A stretch of DNA of 64,000 nt from Candidatus Bathyarchaeota archaeon (GCA_963715865.1 OY970280.1:384001-448000), one strand, 5' to 3'. Shown: positions 1 through 10,500, counted from the stretch's first letter. Program-made: numbers and translations. Notes: a model not told the origin generated them from the letters alone.

Positions 1-675
1 AGATAGCCAAGGAAAAGGTTGTCCTAAAGCTGCGGCTCGAAGACACATGCTTGAGTGAGTAAGAGGCAAAAAGTATAGAACAATTTTTAGAGCCTCAGGG
101 AGTTGGTTAAGCGAAAAGAAAGTACCACTTAGAAATGTCATGGGCAATACTACTATGCTGCTGAATGTATTGATATCGCTGTGCGACTTTGCCCATAATG
201 CGATAAGCACTCCAAGAGCCGAAAATGTGAATAAGGAAACAACCAAGACTATCGCAAAGAGAAGGTTAATTGAAAACAATGGCGAAAATGCAAGGCATAA
301 TACGAGTAAAGGTAATGTGCTAACTAGACCACGCACTACTCCCACCAACGTTTTCCCCATGACTATTGAAAAGAAACCTATTGGAGACATTAAACATTCA
401 TCGAAACATCTATAGAAAAGGCGATCAACGTGAAGCTTCATTCCTGCACCATTAAAGCTGCTTGTCATGACAGTAAGTGCGACTATGCCTGGAAGAACAA
501 ATGCGAGGTAATCATAACCATCAATGTACAAGCCTCGTCCTAAACCATACCCAAAAGCTACCAGATAAAGCAGAGGCGATATAAGGCTGGTTAAGAGGGT
601 TTTGGGCCAGTTCCGCCTAAGAAACCTCAAATCTGCCCATAACACGGAGTAAATGTCTTGCAATGTGCTTATCAT
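1..675 (-). CDS. ABC-2 type transporter permease (NodJ/DrrB-like), partial, runs off the window start
   Basis: Manual translation from ATG at 675 (MISTLQDIYSVLWADLRFLRRNW...YLAFVLPGIVALTVMTSSF...LPMTFLSGTFFSLNQLP...LPLTH) is open to position 1 and lies directly downstream of the ABC ATPase. Confidence 0.88.
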   Translation of the reverse strand, partial: MISTLQDIYSVLWADLRFLRRNWPKTLLTSLISPLLYLVAFGYGLGRGLYIDGYDYLAFVLPGIVALTVMTSSFNGAGMKLHVDRLFYRCFDECLMSPIGFFSIVMGKTLVGVVRGLVSTLPLLVLCLAFSPLFSINLLFAIVLVVSLFTFSALGVLIALWAKSHSDINTFSSIVVLPMTFLSGTFFSLNQLPEALKIVLYFLPLTHSSMCLRAAALGQPFPWLS

Positions 676-677
676 TT

Positions 678-1547
678 TCAGTTGCCGCCTACTTTTTCAC
701 CTGTTAGTTCTACAAACGTGTCTTCCAGGTTTGATTCTCTAATCAGGATGGTCTTTACATCAGAAGAAAGGCTTTGAACATAGCTTGTTGCTGTTTCTCT
801 GCTTGAGAAATAGTGATAACGGGTGTGCATGTTGTTTTCAAGAGTTTCTACGGTAAATAGTCCTATTTTTTGGCGTAATTCTGTAGGGCTTCCTAATGCT
901 ATTAGGTGCCCTTTGTGGATTATTCCCACCTGGTGACAGAGGGCTTCCGCTTCCTCGATATAGTGAGTAGTTAGGAAAATTGTGGTGCCGTCGTTGTTGA
1001 GGCGACGTATTAGGTCCCATAAGCTTCGTCTTGTCTGGACATCTAAGCCTACAGTTGGTTCGTCAAGAAAGAGCACTTTGGGCTGATGAACAAGAGCACT
1101 TGCGATCATTGCGGATCTTTTCATACCTCCTGAAAGGCTTCTCACCATCTGGTCACCTTGTTTGGAGAGTCCCACGTAATCAAGCAGTTCATTGATGCGT
1201 TTGTTGCGTTCAGGCGAATTTATACGTCGGAATCTTGCGTGCAACTCCATGTTCTCCTTTAAAGTTAAGTCTAGGTCCAGTGTTAGGTGCTGTTGTACCA
1301 CGCCGATTATTTTTTTCACTTCACCAGGTTCTTCAAGTACATTAAAATTTGCTATCCATGCATTTCCTGAGGTGGGTTTGGTTAAGGTGGTGAGTATGCG
1401 AATAGTTGTTGTTTTGCCTGCACCATTTGGTCCTAGAAAACCAAATATTTCTCCCTGGCTTACTGTGAGGTTCAAATCTTGGATTGCCCAACATTCCCCG
1501 TATTTTTTAGTCAACTTATCAATTAATATGGTTGCTTTCAAGATCAA
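678..1547 (-). CDS. ABC transporter ATP-binding protein (NodI/DrrA-like exporter)
   Basis: Walker A GPNGAGKTT, signature LSGGM, Walker B LFLDEPT, TTHY H-loop. Confidence 0.93.
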   Translation of the reverse strand: MILKATILIDKLTKKYGECWAIQDLNLTVSQGEIFGFLGPNGAGKTTTIRILTTLTKPTSGNAWIANFNVLEEPGEVKKIIGVVQQHLTLDLDLTLKENMELHARFRRINSPERNKRINELLDYVGLSKQGDQMVRSLSGGMKRSAMIASALVHQPKVLFLDEPTVGLDVQTRRSLWDLIRRLNNDGTTIFLTTHYIEEAEALCHQVGIIHKGHLIALGSPTELRQKIGLFTVETLENNMHTRYHYFSSRETATSYVQSLSSDVKTILIRESNLEDTFVELTGEKVGGN

Positions 1548-1596
1548 GCTCTCCTTTTTTGCTCTTCTCCATTTAATCTTGGCGTATCTTCTTAAA

Positions 1597-1612
1597 GATG
1601 GATTATCCAGCC
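1597..1612 (-). promoter_or_regulatory. Candidate operator GGCTGGATAATCCATC upstream of the ABC-2 operon
   Basis: Near-palindrome TGGAT-A-ATCCA, identical to the 16-mer at 54072-54087; lies downstream of a TATA-like CTTTAAAG on the minus strand. Confidence 0.45.
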
Positions 1613-1811
1613 ACCCCTACGTTATCTATTTCACCTTTAAAGGTTTACCGAAAACTTGATTTCGAGCAAAATTTTTGACACTTTAAGCAGAAACGTCGTT
1701 ACTTATTGCCATTTTTACAAATTGAGGCACTAGCCACACCCGAGTGTCGCGCGCTAGCGGATATGCGAAAAGAATAATAGCCCTCTAAAGTTTCATTAAA
1801 TAGGTGATTTT

Positions 1812-2270
1812 ATGGCTGTTAAAGTTGGCGATAAAGCGCCAGATTTCACACTGCCCTCACAAATGGGCGACAATGTGACACTTTCAGAATTCTTCGGCAA
1901 AAAGAACATAGTCTTATATTTTTATCCGAAAGATGAATCGCCCGGCTGCACACGGGAAGCCTGCAGTTTCAGAGATAGCTATGAAGAATTAACAAATTTG
2001 GGTGCTGAAGTACTCGGTGTAAGTGGTCAAAGCGTGGAATCTCACAAATCGTTCGCTACCCACTATGGTTTACCGTTCATTCTTCTCAGCGATAAGGACA
2101 ATAAGGTTAGGGAACTGTACGGTGTGCCTTCAACCATGGGCATAATTCCAGGACGAGTCACCTACATAATTGACAAACAAGGCATTGTCCGCCACATTTT
2201 CTCTTCCCAAACCCAAGCAGAACGGCACGTGGAAGAAGCAAAAAGAACGCTTGAGGAACTGGAAAAATAG
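1812..2270 (+). CDS. bcp: Peroxiredoxin, BCP/PrxQ subfamily
   Basis: [16 protein letters not shown] motif, with the peroxidatic and resolving Cys in CxxxxC spacing. Confidence 0.93.
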   Translation: MAVKVGDKAPDFTLPSQMGDNVTLSEFFGKKNIVLYFYPKDESPGCTREACSFRDSYEELTNLGAEVLGVSGQSVESHKSFATHYGLPFILLSDKDNKVRELYGVPSTMGIIPGRVTYIIDKQGIVRHIFSSQTQAERHVEEAKRTLEELEK

Positions 2271-2301
2271 CAACTTGCCGCTTAAGTGGAGAAGCCGCTA
2301 A

Positions 2302-3537
2302 TTGCTGAATTTATACAATAGCCTTACACGAAAAATTGAGCCGTTCAAACCCGCAGAAGACATGCAGGTTAAAATGTACACTTGTGGTCCCTCAACCTAC
2401 CAGCGAGCGCACATTGGAAACTACCGCACCTTCCTCTTTGAAGACATTCTTCAACGCTACATGGAATACTTAGGCTACAAAGTAAAACGGCTCATCACAC
2501 TAACCGACGTTGAAGACAAAGCCATTGCTCAAGCAAAAAAAGAAAACCTCACCATAGAAGAACTAACAAGAAAAAACGAAGCCGCCTTCTTCCAAGATTT
2601 CAAGCTCCTAAAAATAAAACCGCCAGATTACGCCGTAAGGGCTTCCTCAGCCGTGGACCAAGCTGCAAGATTAATCGCTCAGCTTTTAGAGAAGGGCTAC
2701 GCTTACTGGTACACGTATAGGGGCGAAAAAAACGCTTGTTTCGACCCATTAAAATTTAGTGGTTTTGGAAAACTTGCCCATTTGGACATGAGTAAGTGGC
2801 CGAAAAAGAAGCGCCGCTTTCACAAGGACACTTACCCTGGGACTCCATGGAATCTTGGGGATTTTATTCTTTGGCATGGCTGCAGGCAAGATGATGTTTG
2901 CTATGACACGCAGATTGGCAGTGGCAGGCCAGCGTGGAACATTCAAGACGCAGCCATAGTAACCAAGCATCTGGGCTTCACAATTGACGTTGCCTGCGGT
3001 GGAATCGACAATTTGGTTAGGCATCATGATTATACGCTTGCCATTGCAGAAGCTGTTTCAGGTAAACAGTTCTCGAGGCATTGGCTTCATGGCGGTCACC
3101 TTTTTGTTGATGGCAAAAAGATGTCTAAAAGCATTGGTAACGTGTATTACCCAAGCGACCTTTTAGAGAAAGGTTTTAGTGGCGAGCAGTTGCGGTTCTT
3201 TCTTATCTATGGGCATTACCAGGAAAAACTAAACTTTACCGTCGAAAAGCTGGCTGAAACTAGTCGGAAACTGGATTCTCTCAAAAACATGGTTAAGGAG
3301 TTGCAAGAGTCAAAATCTGATCATTCCAATCCAGAGACAGAGGCGCTGACTAGCAGAATTGCTTCTGAGTTCGAGGGTGGCATGAATAATGATTTAGATG
3401 TTAAATCTGCCTTTGATAGCCTGTATGAAACAATCTGTGAGTTGCACAAGACGTGTGAATCATTAAACGTTAAAGATGTAAAAAATATATTGAATAGTTT
3501 GCGCAGGATTAATTCTGTGCTTCAATGCATTTTCTAG
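2302..3537 (+). CDS. Cysteinyl-tRNA synthetase-like class I ligase with an altered active site and no C-terminal anticodon-binding domain
   Basis: TCGP, HIGN and KMSKS motifs are present, but GRPAWNIQD replaces GRPGWHIEC and HHDYT replaces HHENE; the protein ends at 411 aa after the DALR-like helical domain. Confidence 0.85.
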   Translation: MLNLYNSLTRKIEPFKPAEDMQVKMYTCGPSTYQRAHIGNYRTFLFEDILQRYMEYLGYKVKRLITLTDVEDKAIAQAKKENLTIEELTRKNEAAFFQDFKLLKIKPPDYAVRASSAVDQAARLIAQLLEKGYAYWYTYRGEKNACFDPLKFSGFGKLAHLDMSKWPKKKRRFHKDTYPGTPWNLGDFILWHGCRQDDVCYDTQIGSGRPAWNIQDAAIVTKHLGFTIDVACGGIDNLVRHHDYTLAIAEAVSGKQFSRHWLHGGHLFVDGKKMSKSIGNVYYPSDLLEKGFSGEQLRFFLIYGHYQEKLNFTVEKLAETSRKLDSLKNMVKELQESKSDHSNPETEALTSRIASEFEGGMNNDLDVKSAFDSLYETICELHKTCESLNVKDVKNILNSLRRINSVLQCIF

Positions 3538-3777
3538 TTAGACTAATTCGCCTACCAGCTTAACTCTCTGAAAAGTTTCCTCTCTATGTGGAGCCATCTC
3601 TAATTCTTCAGTTAAGTCTTTTCCTGCTTGGTGCATGCCTAGGTGGTCTCCATCCATCCAGAAACTGCTTTGCGAGACATCGTAAACTTTGCCTTTGTAT
3701 GCTATGTAGGCTGGTTTGCCGTTTTTTCCGTTATTTTCTTCAAGCTCTTGTCGGGTTACCTTTTTTTGTTCAATCAA
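3538..3777 (-). CDS. Cytochrome b5-like heme/steroid-binding domain protein
   Basis: ELEENNG...AYIAYKGKVYDVS...H..MHQAGKDLT...APH pattern typical of small prokaryotic b5 proteins. Confidence 0.88.
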   Translation of the reverse strand: MIEQKKVTRQELEENNGKNGKPAYIAYKGKVYDVSQSSFWMDGDHLGMHQAGKDLTEELEMAPHREETFQRVKLVGELV

Positions 3778-3830
3778 AAAAATTCCTTCTTATTTTAAAG
3801 TTAGCGCCTGCATTTAAATCGTTTACGGCT

Positions 3831-4892
3831 CTAGTTTCTTATGCTGGGACCGGATGATGATTGGTAGGCTGCGTTTATGTTGATTCCGCCCACGCTTGTT
3901 TTGAGGGTTATGAGGAAGTTGCTTTCAGCTGGGTAATTGTTCGATTGTATTGGTGACTTGTCTCCTGAAAAGTTGTTGAGATTTGTTGTGATTTGTCCAA
4001 TTTGCGTTTGCGATTCAATCCTTGCTCCAACGCCATTATCAATGTTCATTGCAAGGTTAACTGCGCCTGTTGTGGTGGCCGCGTTAACTTGAACATTTCC
4101 TGAGAGCGCTTTGTTTTCCGTTATGTCAGTGTCAACTGTGCCTGTGGTTGTTTGCAGGTTAAATGTGTCGTTGCCTTGAACGTTTGCTTGGTTCATTCGG
4201 AACGAGACGGCTCCAGTTGTTGTTTTAAGTGATATGTCTCCTGCAATTACTGTGCCGTTTTCTATGTTCGCTTGAATCATGCCTGTGGTGGACTTAAGGT
4301 TTAACGACTCAAAAGTTGCCGGTTCAGCGGCGGTTAAGCTGATTTGTCCAGTTTCCGTGGTGATATTGAGGTTTAGGCGTACTGAAGGGCTGATGTAAAT
4401 GGTGCAGGTTACCCTTAGCGCTCTTGAGAAAAGTCCATGATTAGCGTAAGTGACTTTTGATGTGACCGTTAACGTGTTGCCAGCGGTTTCGTTGCTGAAG
4501 GTTACTTGGATTGGGTTGGTTGAATCAAAAACGCCTATTGAGCCTGTTGCAGAAGTGCCGATTAGGATGGTTCTGCCCGTTAAGTTTTGGGCTATAACGT
4601 TCACTTCTGCCACGTCAGCTTGAAAATTCAAGTTTAATGTGTTGATGTTTGGTTGGTTTACTTGGTTTGTTTGGTTAAAATTCACGGAGTGAAGCGGCGC
4701 AAAAATTATGGCGCTTACAATTACTGCCGTAACTACTATAGCGATTAGGATGATTGCTGTTACTATTAATGGGTCTTTTCTTATTGGTCTTGCTGGAGGT
4801 GCAGGGGTAAAAGTGGCTACTGGTGTTCCGCACTTATAGCAGAACCGAGCGTCTTCTTCCAGTTTAGTTCCGCATCTTCGGCAGTAAGGCAA
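3831..4892 (-). CDS. Zinc-ribbon + TM + DUF4097-like beta-strand repeat protein
   Basis: N-terminal CxxC..CxxC, one TM helix, then repeated (S/T)TTG.I/V beta motifs. Confidence 0.72.
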   Translation of the reverse strand: MPYCRRCGTKLEEDARFCYKCGTPVATFTPAPPARPIRKDPLIVTAIILIAIVVTAVIVSAIIFAPLHSVNFNQTNQVNQPNINTLNLNFQADVAEVNVIAQNLTGRTILIGTSATGSIGVFDSTNPIQVTFSNETAGNTLTVTSKVTYANHGLFSRALRVTCTIYISPSVRLNLNITTETGQISLTAAEPATFESLNLKSTTGMIQANIENGTVIAGDISLKTTTGAVSFRMNQANVQGNDTFNLQTTTGTVDTDITENKALSGNVQVNAATTTGAVNLAMNIDNGVGARIESQTQIGQITTNLNNFSGDKSPIQSNNYPAESNFLITLKTSVGGININAAYQSSSGPSIRN

Positions 4893-5046
4893 TTTGCATG
4901 AAACCTCAAGATACGAGGTATTGCAACTTGAAAAATTTAAGCCTTATCAAAAACTTTTCTCGTTTCCTTCTTTTTAATTCTCCAACTGTACTGTGGTTAT
5001 AGCAATTTTAATAAGGACGACACTAAACGATTTGTTGGAGATACAT

Positions 5047-6747
5047 TTGCCTGAAAAAGTTTTAGTTACATCCGCTTGGCCATACATTAACGTCACGCCA
5101 CACTTAGGCAACCTTGTCGGCTCCGTCCTATCAGCCGACGTCACAGCACGATACTACAGGTTGCGCGGCGATGACGTTTTGATGGTGAGCGGTTCAGATG
5201 AGCATGGCACCCCCATAGAGGTTGAAGCGCTACGGCAGGGCATTACGCCTAAAGAGTTAACCGACCGAAACCATGCCCGCGTAGCCGAACTCTTCCGTAA
5301 ATGGGACGCTTCCTTTGACAATTACACTCGCACTGAAAGCCCAGTGCACAAGCATTTCGTCCAAAAAACCTTACTGGAAATCCAGAAGAACGGTTACATT
5401 TTCGAGCAGGACACTCAGATGCTTTATTGCCTGCATGACCAGCGCTTCTTGCCCGACAGGTTCGTGGAAGGCAAATGCCCATACTGCGGTTACGAGCGAG
5501 CCCGCGGAGACCAATGCGACCACTGCGGCAGGCTTTTAGAACCTACCATGCTTGTTGAGCCGTACTGTGTAATCTGCAAAAACACGCCAACCGTGAAAAC
5601 AACACATCACTGGTACATCGACCTATCCAAACTCGCTAAGCCATTAACCCAGTACCTGCAGGATAACCAGCAACTTCCAGCCAACGTGAAAAACTTCAGC
5701 TTAAACTGGATAAAAGAAGGCTTAAAACCGCGAGCCGTCACCCGCGACATTGAATGGGGCATCCCCGCACCTTTCCAGGGAGCGGAAGGCAAAACCATCT
5801 ACGTTTGGGTTGACGCCGTCTTAGGCTACGTTTCAGCAACCATCGAGCAGTGCCAACGCATGGGGCAACCAGAAAAATGGCGCGAATACTGGTTTAACAA
5901 GCAAGCCAAAACCCTCTACTTCGTAGGCAAAGACAACATTCCATTCCACACAATAATTTTGCCCGCTTTGCTGTTGGCTTCAGGCGAAGACTACAACCTG
6001 CCATGGAACGTTTCCGCCACCGAATTCCTCCAGTTCAAAGGAGAAAAAGCCTCAAAAAGCCAACGCATCGGCATATGGATAGACGAAGCACTCGAAATGT
6101 TCCCTGTGGATTATTGGCGCTTCTTCCTAATTGCTACAAGACCCGAAAGCAAAGACACCAACTTCACATGGAGCGCATTCATCGAAAAAATCAACGCTGA
6201 CTTGAACGATACCTTCGGCAACTTCATCCACCGAACCTTAAGCTTTATTGTTTCAAAATTTGATGGAGAAATTCCAAAACCAACAAAGCTGGACAAGGAC
6301 GACCAAGCAATATTGCAGACAATAAAGGAAAAAGTGGAAACTGCCGCCAGAGAAGTTGAGAGCTCATGGTTGCAGTCAGCCGCTAACACGCTTATCAGCA
6401 TAAGCCGTATAGGAAACCAGTACCTCAACGACAAGGAACCATGGAACCTCATGAAAACCGACAAGGAAAAAGCCGCAACCATATTCTACGTTGCCGCTCA
6501 GGTAGTGAAAGCCATTACGGTGGTTTCAGCGCCTTTCATCCCAGAGACAGCGGAGCAGCTTTGGCAAACACTCAACCTTCAAGGAAGCGTAAGTAAAAGC
6601 AACTGGGATGAAGCATTAAAACCGTTAGAGCCAGGGCACAAAATAGCTAAACCAAAACCGCTGTTCCACAAAATTGAGGATGACGAGGCAAAACTGGATG
6701 AACAGTTGGCTCAGGTTAGAGCTAAACTGGCAAGCCAGCCTAAATAA
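5047..6747 (+). CDS. metG: Methionyl-tRNA synthetase (short form without the C-terminal OB domain)
   Basis: TSAWPYIN..HLGN, SGSDEHG, zinc knuckles, YVWVDA, GKDNIPFH, KASKS. Likely start is TTG 5047 after a GGAG SD; the ORF track starts at 4993. Confidence 0.95.
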   Translation: MPEKVLVTSAWPYINVTPHLGNLVGSVLSADVTARYYRLRGDDVLMVSGSDEHGTPIEVEALRQGITPKELTDRNHARVAELFRKWDASFDNYTRTESPVHKHFVQKTLLEIQKNGYIFEQDTQMLYCLHDQRFLPDRFVEGKCPYCGYERARGDQCDHCGRLLEPTMLVEPYCVICKNTPTVKTTHHWYIDLSKLAKPLTQYLQDNQQLPANVKNFSLNWIKEGLKPRAVTRDIEWGIPAPFQGAEGKTIYVWVDAVLGYVSATIEQCQRMGQPEKWREYWFNKQAKTLYFVGKDNIPFHTIILPALLLASGEDYNLPWNVSATEFLQFKGEKASKSQRIGIWIDEALEMFPVDYWRFFLIATRPESKDTNFTWSAFIEKINADLNDTFGNFIHRTLSFIVSKFDGEIPKPTKLDKDDQAILQTIKEKVETAAREVESSWLQSAANTLISISRIGNQYLNDKEPWNLMKTDKEKAATIFYVAAQVVKAITVVSAPFIPETAEQLWQTLNLQGSVSKSNWDEALKPLEPGHKIAKPKPLFHKIEDDEAKLDEQLAQVRAKLASQPK

Positions 6748-6761
6748 GAAGAGGCTAATAA

Positions 6762-7424
6762 ATGCAAATTAAAGCCGACCTACATGTTCACACAACCTAC
6801 TCGAAAGATTCACTGATAACACCCAAAGACCTCATTTATTTCGCAAAGAAACACGGCTTGGACGCTGTTGCCGTCACAGACCACGACCAACTTGAAGGCG
6901 CACGTAAAATAGCTAAAGAAACAGACTTCCTTATTATTCCAGGCATGGAAGTTTCAAGCCGTGATGGGCACATCGTTGCTCTTAACGTTCAAGAGTTAAT
7001 ACCTAGGGGTTTGAGCGCTGTTGAAACTGTCGAGCGGATTCATAAAGCAGGCGGAGTGGCAATTGCCTGTCACCCCTACGTGTACTTCAAGGGATGCTTA
7101 AGAGACAATGTCTGCGCCACGTTTGATGCTATCGAAGTCATAAACGCCCGAGCTTTCCCATTCAAGAGCAGTGTAAAAAAAGCAGAGCAAACCGCGAAGA
7201 ACCTTGGGCTTTCACGCGTGGCTGGAACTGACGCCCATTATGGTCCACAAATAGGTTACGCTTACACCGTTATAGAAGCCGCTGAACCCAGCGTTGAAGC
7301 AATAACTAAAGCTATAGTGAAAGGCGATTGCCAACCCTTTGGTGAGCCAGTGCCCGCTATTCTAAACGCACAGCAAGAGTTCCAAAGGTTAAAAAGGATG
7401 ATTAAAAAATTCAGCCATACTTAA
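6762..7424 (+). CDS. PHP-domain metal-dependent phosphoesterase
   Basis: DLHVHT, AVTDHD, GMEV, GH, CHP and GTDAH motifs. Confidence 0.9.
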   Translation: MQIKADLHVHTTYSKDSLITPKDLIYFAKKHGLDAVAVTDHDQLEGARKIAKETDFLIIPGMEVSSRDGHIVALNVQELIPRGLSAVETVERIHKAGGVAIACHPYVYFKGCLRDNVCATFDAIEVINARAFPFKSSVKKAEQTAKNLGLSRVAGTDAHYGPQIGYAYTVIEAAEPSVEAITKAIVKGDCQPFGEPVPAILNAQQEFQRLKRMIKKFSHT

Positions 7425-7491
7425 GAAGCAAAATTAGGGCATTGTTATTTTTAAAATGAATAAATTTTTTGGGTTAATTAGTTGCGTGTGT

Positions 7492-8226
7492 TTATTTGTT
7501 GGATGAATTAAGCCTGAAAGCCAACATATCCAAACCTATCTGTTTAGCATCTTGAAGAAGGTTTACTTTTGACTCACCTTTCTTTCTTTTCTCAGACCAC
7601 TTAACTCCGACTTCAAGCACTGGAAAACCAAGCTTTTTGCAGCGCACAATCATTTCAGTGTCAAAGAAATAACCATCCGACTTAGAAATGCTCAGCACTG
7701 TTTCTGCAACTTCTCGGCTCATTATTTTGAAGCCGCATTGGTGGTCATGTATTCCGTCAAGAAAAAGCAGCCTAACGAACAGGTTGTAAGTTAAACTGAA
7801 CAAGGTTCTGGAAACACGGCGCTGAACACATGAGCCTTCAACATGTCTGGAGCCGATTGCCATTCCACCGTTTTCTGTGACTAACTGTAAAAGCTGGGGT
7901 AAACATTCAAGATCAGTCGCCAAATCCACATCCATGAAGACTATGACGTTGCCCTTAGAGGAGCTGAGTGCGTTTTTGATAGCTTTGCCTTTTCCTAAAC
8001 GGCTAGGTGAATGCAGTAAAACCAAGTTTGGGTTAAATTTAGCCATTTTTGCCACAATAGCGTCTGTTCCGTCTGTGCTTCCGTCTTCAGATACTATTAT
8101 CTCGTATGATTTGGAAAAGGAACTAACAGCCGCTTCAACTTCCAGCACACATTTTTCAATCTGTAACGCCTCGTTGTATGCAGGCAGTACGATTGAAATT
8201 TCCTTTTTAGGCTGCACGTATTTCAC
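7492..8226 (-). CDS. GT2 glycosyltransferase (polyprenol-phosphate hexose synthase-like)
   Basis: LPAYNE, EDGSTDGT, FMDVD, GSR, DHQCGFK, FFDTE. Confidence 0.9.
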   Translation of the reverse strand: MKYVQPKKEISIVLPAYNEALQIEKCVLEVEAAVSSFSKSYEIIVSEDGSTDGTDAIVAKMAKFNPNLVLLHSPSRLGKGKAIKNALSSSKGNVIVFMDVDLATDLECLPQLLQLVTENGGMAIGSRHVEGSCVQRRVSRTLFSLTYNLFVRLLFLDGIHDHQCGFKIMSREVAETVLSISKSDGYFFDTEMIVRCKKLGFPVLEVGVKWSEKRKKGESKVNLLQDAKQIGLDMLAFRLNSSNK

Positions 8227-8466
8227 GACATTCTACCTTCCCAAACTCAAAAAACTAATGCTTCTTTATCATAAATGACTTGTGTATTTCCCCGAAAATT
8301 TTAACGGTGACATTCTTCACGATAGCATAAACTCTTTTTAGAGGTGCCCTATTAATTCTCATTCTAAAGGGGTCGCTAAAAAATAACGTCAACAACCAGC
8401 ACTAGCGGGCAGCCTCCATATAGAAGAGCAAGGCTTAGAAACCTAGGCCAGCGAACACTTGCATTT

Positions 8467-10047
8467 ATGGAAAAATACCGGTATGAACTGGCATTATTGA
8501 TTTTCTTAGCTGTCTTCGCTTTTGCTGCGTTGTATAATTTGGGTTTCATGTCTGTTCAATGGGATGAAATGCCCCACTTAAACGGAGGCTTGCTCCTAAC
8601 CCGCGGGCAAACGTACGAGTACATGACAACTTACGGCTATTACCCGCCACTTTTTGATTTAATAACGACGGGTTACTTGCAAATTTTTGGTTTAACTTCG
8701 GTTGCAGGAAGATTGGTTTCTGTGACCTTTGCATTGCTCGGTATTTTGGCTGTATTCGCGTTTTCCAACCGCATGTATGGTCCGAAAAATGCTCTAGTCG
8801 CAAGTGTTCTGCTTGGCACAATGCCCGGCTTCTTTTGGCTTTCAAGAGTAACAATGCTAGAAACAATGCTCATCTTCTTTTTCACATTGGTAATGTTCGT
8901 TTTTTACTCTTGGATAACTAAGAATAGTTACAAAGCGCTTTTTTTTAGCGGCTTAGCCTTAGGCATAGGCATTCTGGCGAAGTATCAAATTTTAGTCGCA
9001 GCCATAGCAATGATAGCAAGCGTTCTGTTGCTTTGCAGAAAAAGATTGAAGATAAGCTTGGCAAAGCTCATACTCATACTTGTAATAGCAATATTGGTGG
9101 TGGCACCTTGGTTTTTAATGATTTACCAAATTAATGGTGTAACTAAATTTCAAACTATACAGTATGTTTTACAAGTCGGCGGGGAAAACCGACCAGGATA
9201 CAGCAACCGATTTTTTTCTCCGGTATTCTATTTGGTTGAGATGACTTGGCCGTTTAATGACATTCCAGTCCACCCAATCTCGCTGCCTATTTTCATTTTA
9301 GGTTTATGCGGTTTAGCGTTGTTTGCTTACAGAAGAAAAAAGCAAGACATTTTCTTACTCACATGGTTCATAATAGTTTACGTTTTCTTTACCATTATCC
9401 CAGACAGACAATGGCGCTATGTAGACCCGCTTTTCCCAATTTTAGCAATCTCAGCAGCCAGCTTCATTATTTTTCTATACGGAAAAATCCGTGCTTGGAA
9501 GCCCAAGCAGATAGGGCTCAGCGGTGACCGCTTTAAGAAGTTTGCAGCGGCGCTTTTCATTGTTCTTGCTACATCAACGATTGTTTATAGCAGTTATGAT
9601 GCTTATCAGATGACTGCCCGAGACCAGATTCACATACCCATAGACGAGGCAACAAACTACTTGGCTAGCCACTTGAGCCAAAACCAGTCAGCAGTGATTA
9701 TTTGCGCTTCCAACCTTTTGGACCAAGACATGTTTAGGTTTTACTTGCCTGCAAACATGTCAAAAGACCAGATTTGGCAGTACCCGGACTTGGCTGTTGA
9801 TGCTTTTACACCTAACTTCAACATTACAGAATTTGTTGGTCTATGTCAGCAACGTAATGTTAAATACATTATTCTTTTTGATTATGGACCTCACACTCAA
9901 TTTTTTAACACTACGCTAGATTATACACAAGTCGAAACCATGATTTACAATACCCATAGATTTGGCGATCCATTGGACCAGCCTTTCTTTGGCTATTTCT
10001 CTAACAACAAGGGGTATAGACTTTTTCTAGTCCGTTTCTTAGGTTAA
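8467..10047 (+). CDS. GT-C fold membrane glycosyltransferase (ArnT/PMT-like)
   Basis: WDE motif after the first TM, YPPLF, many TM helices, RY motif; divergent from the GT2 gene. Confidence 0.8.
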   Translation: MEKYRYELALLIFLAVFAFAALYNLGFMSVQWDEMPHLNGGLLLTRGQTYEYMTTYGYYPPLFDLITTGYLQIFGLTSVAGRLVSVTFALLGILAVFAFSNRMYGPKNALVASVLLGTMPGFFWLSRVTMLETMLIFFFTLVMFVFYSWITKNSYKALFFSGLALGIGILAKYQILVAAIAMIASVLLLCRKRLKISLAKLILILVIAILVVAPWFLMIYQINGVTKFQTIQYVLQVGGENRPGYSNRFFSPVFYLVEMTWPFNDIPVHPISLPIFILGLCGLALFAYRRKKQDIFLLTWFIIVYVFFTIIPDRQWRYVDPLFPILAISAASFIIFLYGKIRAWKPKQIGLSGDRFKKFAAALFIVLATSTIVYSSYDAYQMTARDQIHIPIDEATNYLASHLSQNQSAVIICASNLLDQDMFRFYLPANMSKDQIWQYPDLAVDAFTPNFNITEFVGLCQQRNVKYIILFDYGPHTQFFNTTLDYTQVETMIYNTHRFGDPLDQPFFGYFSNNKGYRLFLVRFLG

Positions 10048-10053
10048 CTCCTT

Positions 10054-10500
10054 TTAGCCGATTTCTAAAAATTCAAAACCAGTATCCTTGCTTTTAGCTC
10101 TTTTAGCTGAAGAACCAGCCAGTTCTAGAATGACTACTTCGCCTATTTGCCATACATCAACTCCCATGCGCACGCAGCCTGTAACCGCCGTGTCATTTCT
10201 TCCGAAGCTTGCATGCATGTGCAGTTTCGGTTGCCCTTGCTCGTCAGCGAAGATTGTTCCTACACCGCAGGCTTCATGCACTCCTTTCAAAAGCGTTACC
10301 ATCGGTTCAGGAGGAAGAGCTTTGCCGTCTTTTGGTCCAACGACAATTTTGCTTTTGTCTTCTGCGCCGCCTAAAAAGAAGCACAGCGCACTGGAAACTT
10401 GCTTTTGGGAAGCGAATTTTTCTATAACTTCATGTAAGCGTTCGCCCTGGTGAAGCCTGAGTATGAAGATTCTTCCAAGTTTAGCTTCAGTAAATTCCAT
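10054..10500 (-). CDS. PPC/DUF296 domain protein
   Basis: GRIFILRL..GE, GVGTI and HMHASFG motifs. Confidence 0.85.
   Translation of the reverse strand: MEFTEAKLGRIFILRLHQGERLHEVIEKFASQKQVSSALCFFLGGAEDKSKIVVGPKDGKALPPEPMVTLLKGVHEACGVGTIFADEQGQPKLHMHASFGRNDTAVTGCVRMGVDVWQIGEVVILELAGSSAKRAKSKDTGFEFLEIG

Noticed and set aside
140-415. 91-aa plus-strand ORF, and the many other short antisense or nested ORFs in the track
   Set aside because: Shadow ORFs of well-supported genes on the opposite strand or frame, with no motifs or expression signals.
1-675. Apparent premature stop in the ABC-2 permease near position 110
   Set aside because: Recounting the homopolymers shows the frame stays open to the window edge.
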